DNA of 64,000 bases from Myxococcales bacterium (GTDB taxonomy: Bacteria > Myxococcota_A > UBA9042 > JABWCM01 > BTVJ01), in NCBI GenBank assembly GCA_045863395.1, contig BTVJ01000001.1, positions 352,001 through 416,000 of the forward strand, read 5' to 3'. Shown here piece after piece: positions 49,958-57,561 of this stretch (its first letter is position 1; the number at the start of each line of letters is the position of its first letter). The position numbers were made by a program, and so were the translations under genes. The notes under the pieces were generated by a model, which was given only the letters and a program-made list of their open reading frames with translations, was not told the origin of the DNA and made no database searches.

Positions 49958-51439
49958 GTGATCCTGCACCACAACCTGATCGGCGGGCGCTGGGTGCCCG
50001 CCCGCAGCGGCCGCACCCTCCCCAACGTCGACCCGGCGGACACCCGCGACGTGCTCGGCACGCTCCCGGCGTCCGACGGCGGCGACGTGCAGGACGCCAT
50101 CGCCGCGGCCCAGGCCGCCTTCCCGGCCTGGCGCTCCACCCCCGCGCCCCGGCGCGCCGACGTGCTGTTCCGCGCCGTCCGCATCTTCGAGCGCCGCCGC
50201 GACGAGCTCGCCCGCGCGCTCACCCGCGAGGAGGGCAAGATCCTGCGCGAGTCCCAGGGCGAGGTGCAGAAGACCATCAACGTGCTGGAGTTCATGGCCG
50301 GGGAGGGCCGCCGCATGGGCGGCCTGACCCGCCAGAGCGAGCTCCCCAACACGTTCTGCTACACCCGCCGCGACCCGCTCGGGGTGGTCGGCCTCGTCAC
50401 GCCGTGGAACTTCCCGATCGCGGTGCCCACCTGGAAGATCGGCCCCGCGCTGGTCGCCGGCAACACGGTCGTCTTCAAGCCGTCGGAGCTGACCCCGTGG
50501 ACCTCGCAGCTCATCTGCGAGATCTTCGAGGAGGCGGGGCTCCCCCCGGGGGTCCTGAACCTGGTCCACGGCACGGGCCCCGACGCCGGCCAGCCCCTGG
50601 TCGACCACCCGGCCATCCGGGCGGTCTCCTTCACCGGCTCGAACCCCGTCGGCACCGCCATCGCCCGGTCCTGCGCCGCACGAGGCGCCGCCGCCCAGTG
50701 CGAGATGGGCGGCAAGAACCCGATCATCGTGCTCGCCGATGCGGACCTGGACCTCGCCGCCGAGGGGGCCGCCCAGGGCGCCTTCGGGTCCACGGGCCAG
50801 CGCTGCACGGCCACGAGCCGCGCGGTCGTCCACGCGTCCGTCGCCGACGCCTTCGTCGAGAAGGTCGCCGCGAAGCTCCGCGCCATCCGCGTGGGCAACG
50901 GCATGGACCCGGCCAGCACCATCGGCCCCGCCGTCGAAGAGAAGCAGCACCGCAAGGTGCTCTCCTATGTGGGCATCGGGCGGGAGGACGGCGCCACCCT
51001 GGTCGCCGGCGGCCGCGACCTGCGCACCGAGGCGGGCCTCGAGCATGGCTGGTTCCTGGAGCCGGCGCTCTTCGACCACGTCACGCCGTCCATGCGCATC
51101 GCCCAGGAGGAGATCTTCGGCCCCGTGCTCGCCGTCCTCCGCGTCGCGACCGTCGAGGAGGCCTTCGAGGTGTCCAACGGTGTGCGCTATGGCCTCTCGT
51201 CGTCCATCTACACCCAGGACGTGGCGCGGGTCTTCGAGTACGCGGACCGCATCGAGACCGGCATCCTGCACGTCAACTCGCCGACCATGGGCGGCGAGGC
51301 GCACCTCCCCTTCGGCGGCGTGAAGGACACGGGCATCGGTGGTCGGGAGATGAACGAGGAGGCCATCGCCTTCTTCTCGGAGCTGAAGGCGGTGTACGTG
51401 GACTACACGGGGCGCAGGCGGGACACGAACATCTACTGA
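49958..51439 (+). CDS. NAD(P)-dependent aldehyde dehydrogenase
   Basis: TPWNFP, SFTGS, EMGGKNP, GQRCTA, EEIFGPV, PFGGVK. Confidence 0.93.
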   Translation: MILHHNLIGGRWVPARSGRTLPNVDPADTRDVLGTLPASDGGDVQDAIAAAQAAFPAWRSTPAPRRADVLFRAVRIFERRRDELARALTREEGKILRESQGEVQKTINVLEFMAGEGRRMGGLTRQSELPNTFCYTRRDPLGVVGLVTPWNFPIAVPTWKIGPALVAGNTVVFKPSELTPWTSQLICEIFEEAGLPPGVLNLVHGTGPDAGQPLVDHPAIRAVSFTGSNPVGTAIARSCAARGAAAQCEMGGKNPIIVLADADLDLAAEGAAQGAFGSTGQRCTATSRAVVHASVADAFVEKVAAKLRAIRVGNGMDPASTIGPAVEEKQHRKVLSYVGIGREDGATLVAGGRDLRTEAGLEHGWFLEPALFDHVTPSMRIAQEEIFGPVLAVLRVATVEEAFEVSNGVRYGLSSSIYTQDVARVFEYADRIETGILHVNSPTMGGEAHLPFGGVKDTGIGGREMNEEAIAFFSELKAVYVDYTGRRRDTNIY

Positions 51440-51473
51440 GCGCGCCCCCGGGGAGACGCCCCCAGAACCACCG

Positions 51474-52757
51474 TCAGTGCTGCAGCCGCTGCGGGTTGCC
51501 CGCCACCGCCTCACCCCGCGCGACCAGCTCGTTCCAGGTGACTCGGTCGCCCTTGCGGCGCTCCACCATGTCGATGCAGCCGGGGACGGGGCACACCAGG
51601 TGGCACAGGTTGCAGCCCACGCACGTGTCCTGGTCCACCCGCGGCACCCGCGGCCGCTCCCCGCCCCGGTCGAGGCGGATCACGTCGTGGGACCCGTCGC
51701 GGCACGCCGTGTAGCACACCTGGCACTCGATGCACTTCTCCTCGTGGATGTGGGCGACCACGTGGTGGTTGAGGTCGAGGTCACCCCACTCCAGGTAGTT
51801 GCGCACGGCCTTGCCGACGAGCTGGTGCACGCTGGTCACCCCGTGGGAGTCCATGTAGTCGGACAGGCCCTCGATCATGTCCTCCACGATGCGGAACCCG
51901 TAGTGCATGACCGCCGTGCACACCTGCACCGTCGTCGCCCCGAGCAGGATGAACTCCAGCGCGTCCCGCCAGTTGGAGACGCCCCCGATGCCGCTGATCG
52001 GCGTCGTCCGGGTGGCCGGGTCCCGCGCCAGCGCCGCGATCATGTGCATGGCGATGGGCTTGACCGCCGGCCCGCAGTAGCCGCCGTTGGTCGACTGCCC
52101 CCCCACGTTGGGGATGGGCACGAGGTTCTCGATGTCCACCGCCATGATGGACTTGATGGTGTTGATCAGCGCGAGGCCGTCCGCCCCGCCCCGCACGGCG
52201 GCCGCCCCGGGGACCGTGATGTCCGAGATGTTGGGCGTCAGCTTGATGAGCACCGGGACCGTGCTGTACTCCTTGGCCCAGCTCGTGATCGTCTCGCAGA
52301 CGCTGGCCTCCTGGCCAACGGCGCTGCCCATGCCGCGCTCGCACATGCCATGGGGGCACCCGAAGTTCAGCTCCAGGCCGTCCGCCCCCGCATCGATGGA
52401 GCGCTTGATGATGTCCCGCCACTCCTCCTTGGTCTCCACCATCAGCGACGCCACCACCGCGTGCTTCGGGTAGCGCTTCTTGACCTCGGAGATCTCGCGG
52501 AAGTTGACCTCCAGCGGCCGGTCCGTGATGAGCTCGATGTTGTTGAGCCCCATCATCCGCGTCCCGTGGTAGTCCATGGCCGCGTAGCGCGAGCTCACGT
52601 TGCGGATCGGGTCCCCGAGCGTCTTCCACACGGCCCCGCCCCACCCCGCGTCGAACGCCCGCATCACCTGATCGCCGGTGTTCGTCGGCGGCGCCGACGC
52701 CAGCCAGAACGGGTTGGGCGACGCGATCCCCGCCATGTTGACCCGCAGATCCGCCAT
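51474..52757 (-). CDS. preA: NAD-dependent dihydropyrimidine dehydrogenase subunit PreA
   Basis: NPFWLASAPPT, ELNFGCPHGM, KLTPN, GPAVKPIA; two C-terminal 4Fe-4S motifs. Confidence 0.95.
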   Translation of the reverse strand: MADLRVNMAGIASPNPFWLASAPPTNTGDQVMRAFDAGWGGAVWKTLGDPIRNVSSRYAAMDYHGTRMMGLNNIELITDRPLEVNFREISEVKKRYPKHAVVASLMVETKEEWRDIIKRSIDAGADGLELNFGCPHGMCERGMGSAVGQEASVCETITSWAKEYSTVPVLIKLTPNISDITVPGAAAVRGGADGLALINTIKSIMAVDIENLVPIPNVGGQSTNGGYCGPAVKPIAMHMIAALARDPATRTTPISGIGGVSNWRDALEFILLGATTVQVCTAVMHYGFRIVEDMIEGLSDYMDSHGVTSVHQLVGKAVRNYLEWGDLDLNHHVVAHIHEEKCIECQVCYTACRDGSHDVIRLDRGGERPRVPRVDQDTCVGCNLCHLVCPVPGCIDMVERRKGDRVTWNELVARGEAVAGNPQRLQH

Positions 52758-52766
52758 CTCTGCCTC

Positions 52767-54125
52767 CTACTGCGCCATGATGGCGTCGTGGATCCCATGC
52801 GCCGCGCGCTTGCCGTCGGCCGCCGCGTTGACGACCTCCTTGCCGCCGTTCACGCAGTCGCCGCCTGACCACACGCGCGGGTTGCCCGTGCACCCCCGCT
52901 CGTCGACGACCACGCGCCCGCCCCGGTCCACCTCGACCCCGGGGAACAGCGCCAGCAGCTCCGCCAGCTTGCTCTGCCCCACCGCCAGCACCACCAGGTC
53001 CGCGGGGAGCTCGTGCTCCGAGCCAGCCACCGGCCGCGGCGAGCGCCGCCCGCTGGCGTCGGGCTCCCCGAGCGCCATGTCCACGACGCGCACCTTCTCC
53101 ACCCGCCCGTCCCCGAGGTAGGCCACCGGGTTGCTCAGGAACCGGAACTTCGCCCCCTCGAGCCGCGCGGCCGCCAGCTCGTGGCGGTAGCCGGGCATCT
53201 CGTCCTCGGAGCGCCGGTAGACCATCGTCACGTCGGGCACGCCCAGGCGCCGGAGCTGCCTCACCACGTCCAGCGCGGTGTTGCCGCCGCCGACGACCAC
53301 CGCGGAGGCCGCGACCACGTCGAAGCGCGGCGCGTTCTTGAACCGCTCGATGAGCTCGACGGCCCCGACGACCCCGGCGAGGTCCTCGCCGGGGACCTTC
53401 GTGAGCCCGTCAGGCCCGAGGCCCACCCCGAGGAACACGGCGTCGTAGTCCGCGAGCAGGCTCTCCGCCGACACGTCTCGCCCCACCTCCACGCCGGTGC
53501 GGATGTCCATGCCGATGGCGGTGACCCACTCCGCCTCCACCAGCGCGTAGTCTGCCTTCATCTTGTAGGGCGCGACGCCGGTCGTGTTCAGTCCGCCCAC
53601 CAGGCCGCGCTTCTCGAGCAGCGTCACCTCGTGGCCCAGCCGCCGCAGCTCGTGGGCGCACGCCAGCGAGGCCGGCCCCGCCCCGATCAGCGCCACCTTC
53701 CGGCCCGTCGGCGCCCCGGCCGCGAACAACTGGATCCCCCGGTCCACCACCTGATCCGTCGCAAACCGCTGGAGCTTCCCGATCTGGATGGGCGGCCGCC
53801 CCATGTCGTTGTAGACGCACTCCCCGACGCACAGTACCTCGACAGGGCACACCCGCGCGCAGGACGCCCCGAGGATGTTCGCGTCCAGGATCGTCCGCGC
53901 CGCCCCCCTCACGTTGCCGGTGGAGATCTTGCGGATGAAGCCCGGGATGTCGATGTGGGTCGGGCAGATGCGTGTGCAGGGCGCGTCGTGGCAGAACAGG
54001 CACCGCAGGGCCTCCGCCACGGCCTGCCCCTCGTCGAGCGGCTTCTTCCACTCGCCCATGTCCCGCTCCAGGCGGTCGTCGGGCAGGGGTCCGAAGTGCC
54101 CCGTGGGGCTGGGAGTTGCGCTCAT
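52767..54125 (-). CDS. preT: Dihydropyrimidine dehydrogenase subunit PreT (GltD-like)
   Basis: RCLFCHDAPC, CARVCPVEVLC, GAGPASL, GGGNTALD; directly upstream of preA. Confidence 0.92.
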   Translation of the reverse strand: MSATPSPTGHFGPLPDDRLERDMGEWKKPLDEGQAVAEALRCLFCHDAPCTRICPTHIDIPGFIRKISTGNVRGAARTILDANILGASCARVCPVEVLCVGECVYNDMGRPPIQIGKLQRFATDQVVDRGIQLFAAGAPTGRKVALIGAGPASLACAHELRRLGHEVTLLEKRGLVGGLNTTGVAPYKMKADYALVEAEWVTAIGMDIRTGVEVGRDVSAESLLADYDAVFLGVGLGPDGLTKVPGEDLAGVVGAVELIERFKNAPRFDVVAASAVVVGGGNTALDVVRQLRRLGVPDVTMVYRRSEDEMPGYRHELAAARLEGAKFRFLSNPVAYLGDGRVEKVRVVDMALGEPDASGRRSPRPVAGSEHELPADLVVLAVGQSKLAELLALFPGVEVDRGGRVVVDERGCTGNPRVWSGGDCVNGGKEVVNAAADGKRAAHGIHDAIMAQ

Positions 54126-54218
54126 GGCCACCTCGCGTCGGTTGCAGCGGAGGCTGAATGTCCCAAGGATTCGGGAGGCTGTCAACCCGCGGAGCGACCT
54201 GGACAGCGGCGGCGGCCC

Positions 54219-54836
54219 CTACCGGAACAGGTCGAGCGACCCCTTGCCCTCGCGCACGACGACCGGGTCGGGCCCCGTGAAGTCGATGATCGTCGACGGC
54301 TGCGGATAGATCGCCCCCGCGTCCACCACGTAGTCCACGTCCCTCCCGAGGCGCGTCGACAGCTCGATGGGGTCGTCGATGGCGTTGTCCTCGTCGTGGG
54401 TCACCGACGTCGCGAGCAGCGGCGTCGCCAGCTCCCGCAGCACCGCCAGCGCCACCGGGTGGTCCGGCATGCGGCACCCGATGGTGGTCCGCTTCTCCAG
54501 AGCGCCGGGCGGCAGCCGCTTCGAGGCCTCCAGGATGTACGTGTAGGGCCCCGGCAGCGTGCGCTTCATCACGCGGAACGCCGCGTTGGGGATGCCCCGC
54601 GTGTAGTCCGTGATGGACGACAGGTCCGGGAACAGCACGCTGAGCGGCTTGCCGGCGGCGGAGTTCTTGATGCGGTAGATGGTCTCGAGCGCCCCCTTGT
54701 GCTCGATGCTGCACACGATGGCGTACACCGTGTCCGTGGGCAGGATCAGCACCGCGCCGTCGTTGATGGCGGCGACCACGCGGCGCACCATCCACGGCTC
54801 GGGGGCATAGGGGTTCAATGAGATGAGCTCTGCCAT
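54219..54836 (-). CDS. Sua5/YciO/YrdC-family protein (YciO-like)
   Basis: PTDTVYA, KPLS, LPGPYTYIL, TIGCRMPD, PSTIID. Confidence 0.9.
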   Translation of the reverse strand: MAELISLNPYAPEPWMVRRVVAAINDGAVLILPTDTVYAIVCSIEHKGALETIYRIKNSAAGKPLSVLFPDLSSITDYTRGIPNAAFRVMKRTLPGPYTYILEASKRLPPGALEKRTTIGCRMPDHPVALAVLRELATPLLATSVTHDEDNAIDDPIELSTRLGRDVDYVVDAGAIYPQPSTIIDFTGPDPVVVREGKGSLDLFR

Positions 54837-54843
54837 GGGGGCC

Positions 54844-54906
54844 AACCTAGTCACGCGCCGGAGAGCCTGTCAAGCGATTGAATCCGCGCGAACGATCCGC
54901 TAGGGT
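54844..54906. promoter_or_regulatory. Back-to-back divergent sigma70-type promoters
   Basis: Minus strand: TTGACA(54873-54868)-N18-TAGGTT(54849-54844). Plus strand: TTGAAT(54878-54883)-N17-TAGGGT(54901-54906). Confidence 0.55.
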
Positions 54907-54915
54907 CCGGCCCCC

Positions 54916-56193
54916 GTGGCTGACTCCATCCCCCAGGCCGACCAGATCACAGGCCGCGTGCTGCTCCCGCCGACGTCGCACGGGCTCGCGCTCGTGCAGG
55001 GCGCGGCCCGCCTCGCCGTCCGCTTCACGGAGCCCCCGGCGGCGCTCCCCGAGCCCGGCGACGTCGTTGCGGTGACCGGCGCCCCCGTCGACGGCGCCTT
55101 CGAGGCACACTCCCTGGTCGTCCTCGCGCCCTACCAGGGCCCCCGCCCCTTCCCGCAGCCCGGCTCCGACTGGTACCGCCTGCACAGGAACGGCGCCCAG
55201 CTCTTTCGAGCCGTGGAGCAGCGCGCGCGGCTCCTCCGGGCCCTGCGCGCCTGGTTCGACGCCCGCGGCTTCATCGAGGTGGACACGCCGGCGCTGGCGA
55301 CCAGCCCCGGCCTGGAGGTCCACCTGGACGCCGTGCCCGCCACGCCGCGCCTCGGCTTCGGCGCGCCGCCGTCCGAGCGCTGGCTCGTGACGTCTCCCGA
55401 GTACCACATGAAGCGCCTGCTCTCGGCGGGCTTCGACCGCATCTACCAGCTCGGCAAGGCCTTCCGCAGCGGCGAGGTCGGCCGCCTCCACAACGTGGAG
55501 TTCACCCTCCTCGAGTGGTACCGCGCTCCCGGCACCTGGGACGACGTGGTCTGCGACACGGAGCAGCTCGTCCTCTCGGCCGCACAGACCCTCGGCGTCG
55601 GCCCGCAGGTCCCCTACGGCGGCCACCTCGTCGACCTCACCCCCCCCTGGCCCCGCCTGACCGTGCGCGAGGCCATCCAGCGCTTCGCCGGCTTCGACCC
55701 CTGGCCCTGGACGGACGCAGACTCCCTCCGCGCGAGGGCCGTCCGTGCCGGCATCGCCGCCGAGGACGAGCCCGAGCCCGCCGACATCCTGGTGCGCACC
55801 CTGGTCGAGCGCGTGGAGCCTGCCCTGCCGGGCCACGCCCCGGTGGTCCTGACCCACTGGCCGGCCTGCATGGCCTCCCTGGCACGCCGCGTCCCCGGCG
55901 ACCCGGAGGTGTCCGAGCGCTTCGAGGTCTACCTGGGCGGAATGGAGCTGGCCAACGGCTTCGGGGAGCTGCTGGACGCGGACGAGCAGCGCGCCCGCCT
56001 CCGCGCCGACCTGGACGCCCGCGCCCGGCGCGGCCTGCCTGCCTACCCCATCGACGAGCGCTTCCTGGGGGCCCTCGCCACCGGCTGCCCCCCCGCGGGG
56101 GGAAACGCGCTGGGGGTGGACCGCCTGCTCATGTTTCTCACGGGGGCAACCGATGTAGCTCAAGTTGTATCGTTCATGGCGCCTGATGCGTAA
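54916..56193 (+). CDS. epmA: EF-P lysine aminoacylase EpmA (GenX/PoxA) with N-terminal extension
   Basis: FIEVDTP, LVTSPEYHMKRLL, FRSGE...HNVEFTLLEWYR, ERFEVY...ELANGF, GNALGVDRL. Confidence 0.92.
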   Translation: MADSIPQADQITGRVLLPPTSHGLALVQGAARLAVRFTEPPAALPEPGDVVAVTGAPVDGAFEAHSLVVLAPYQGPRPFPQPGSDWYRLHRNGAQLFRAVEQRARLLRALRAWFDARGFIEVDTPALATSPGLEVHLDAVPATPRLGFGAPPSERWLVTSPEYHMKRLLSAGFDRIYQLGKAFRSGEVGRLHNVEFTLLEWYRAPGTWDDVVCDTEQLVLSAAQTLGVGPQVPYGGHLVDLTPPWPRLTVREAIQRFAGFDPWPWTDADSLRARAVRAGIAAEDEPEPADILVRTLVERVEPALPGHAPVVLTHWPACMASLARRVPGDPEVSERFEVYLGGMELANGFGELLDADEQRARLRADLDARARRGLPAYPIDERFLGALATGCPPAGGNALGVDRLLMFLTGATDVAQVVSFMAPDA

Positions 56194-56285
56194 CCACACC
56201 TGGGATTGGAGGCGCGCCGGTTACGATGGGCGCAGGAACCGAGGGATCGTCGAGAGAGCGGGAGTGAATCGGGCCGCGTTTTTTG

Positions 56286-56314
56286 TTGCAACGACCGGGA
56301 GCGCCGCATAGGAT
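56286..56314 (+). promoter_or_regulatory. sigma70-type promoter driving the long structured RNA
   Basis: TTGCAA-N17-TAGGAT preceded by a T-rich UP-like tract; predicted TSS ~56321. Confidence 0.65.
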
Positions 56315-56380
56315 GCCCCGTGTAGGTCGCAAGACGCAGGACAATCACTGCGTTACGATTCCGGCCATCGCGCCAGTCCC

Positions 56381-56899
56381 CGGGCCGGTAACAGACACAG
56401 TCACCGATTCAGAAGAGGCACCCACGGTTGGTGCCTGTGGTCCATGAAGTCAGGCATCCGCCTGCGCCGCCCCGAGAGGACCACCCAGCCGAGCCGCAGC
56501 CCGCGCCACGCGGAGGGCGAGGCGCGGAAGGCGCCGGGGCCCTCGTGAGGGACGGTGCAGGCAGCCCGGGGGGCGGAGCGCAGCAGATCGGCGCGTCGGC
56601 CATCAGCGGGGGAGCCCACCGCGCGCCAGACCGGCCGTGAATGGGGCGCGCGGCCGGCACCAGACGTGAAGAGGTCGGGGAATCCGGTGCATCAGGAAGC
56701 AGGCGGCCTCAGGGCTGCTCCGCGAGCGCGCTCCACGTTGGGAGCGCCGCTCGACCGGGAGCGCCCCAGGCCGGCCAACCCGACGAGAGGACGCCGCCGT
56801 GGTGGGTCACGGCGTGCACGGGAGACCGCTGGGAGGCGGGCTCCAGCAGCGAGCCCCCGCGCAGGCACCTCGCCTTGTGCGGCGGCTCCGTTCGGCCCG
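56381..56899 (+). ncRNA. Large structured ncRNA, OLE-like (boundaries approximate; may start ~56321)
   Basis: End-to-end pairing (56381-87/56893-99); long-range helices 56430-37/56862-69 and 56458-65/56699-706; many hairpins. Motifs TCCATGAAGTCAGGCATCCGCC, GGGAATCCGGTGCATCAGGAAGCAGGCGG..AGGG..CTCCG and ACGGGAGACC are collinear with my recollection of OLE conserved segments; not verified by a covariance model. Confidence 0.68.
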
Positions 56900-56925
56900 C
56901 CCCGTCCAGGGGCAGGGAGGCAGCA

Positions 56926-57342
56926 GTGAGCGCAGAAGAGAAGCGACGCATGGTCGATGTCAGCAGGGATGGGTCGCGCCCGGTGCGGCGCGTGGTGTCC
57001 GTCCGTGGGGGCGACGCCTCCAATGGCACGCCGATGACGGCACCGTCCGACCGCAAGGCCGTTCAGCGCGCAGCGGCGTCCATGTTCTCGGGCCTCGGCG
57101 CGGCGCGCGTCGCGGCGCCCGTGAACCCGGACCGCAAGCGGTGGGAGGAGGCGACGTCCGACCTGACGTCCATCCACGGCCGCCCCTACGATCCGGGCCG
57201 CGCCTACCACGAGGGCGACATCATCCTCCACAAGCAGTTCGGGATGGGCGTCGTCGAGGGGCGGCAGGAGGCGGACGGAAGCATCGACGTGCTGTTCCGC
57301 GACGGGAGCCAGGTCCTGGCCGCGAGCGCCTCGGAAGAGTGA
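56926..57342 (+). CDS. Small hypothetical protein with C-terminal SH3/KOW/Tudor-like beta-barrel
   Basis: GGGAGG RBS at 56915-56920; YHEGDIILHKQFGMGVV...IDVLFRDG pattern; basic N-terminus. Confidence 0.8.
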   Translation: MSAEEKRRMVDVSRDGSRPVRRVVSVRGGDASNGTPMTAPSDRKAVQRAAASMFSGLGAARVAAPVNPDRKRWEEATSDLTSIHGRPYDPGRAYHEGDIILHKQFGMGVVEGRQEADGSIDVLFRDGSQVLAASASEE

Positions 57343-57561
57343 GCCGAGGGCGGCGCCGTCTCCGCACTGCGGGGATCCGGCGCCTGTAGCCAGGGGCCGC
57401 GTCGGCGCGCCAGGCAGCGTGGCTGCGGCGTGGGCGCCATGCTCCCTGCACCTCCGGCCAGGTCTCCTCCGAATCACGCACCGCAATCGCTCCTCCGAGC
57501 CGGCGACGGCGAGCGCCGAGGTGCGCCAATGGCGCCGGCACCGCGCGAAGCCGGTGCGGGA

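Noticed and set aside
54916..56193. Lysyl-tRNA synthetase (lysS)
   Set aside because: TSPEYHMKRLL and LEWYR are EpmA-type motifs rather than LysRS IAPELYLKRL, and the protein is short for LysRS.
56660..56720. Cobalamin riboswitch (GGGAATCCGGTGCA resembles its core)
   Set aside because: Lacks the following AANTCC and GCCCCCGCAACTGT/B12-box elements, and no B12-related gene follows; better explained as part of the larger RNA.
56194..56925. tmRNA, RNase P RNA or group II intron as the identity of the long intergenic element
   Set aside because: No tRNA-like GGGG..CCA ends with T-loop, no GAGGAAAGTCC RNase P core, no GUGYG start or domain V, and no RT gene.
56641..56925. N-terminal extension of ORF 56641..57342 and other short ORFs in the gap
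   Set aside because: A strong GGGAGG SD supports GTG 56926; the upstream translation is low-complexity Arg/Ala/Pro and overlaps the structured RNA.
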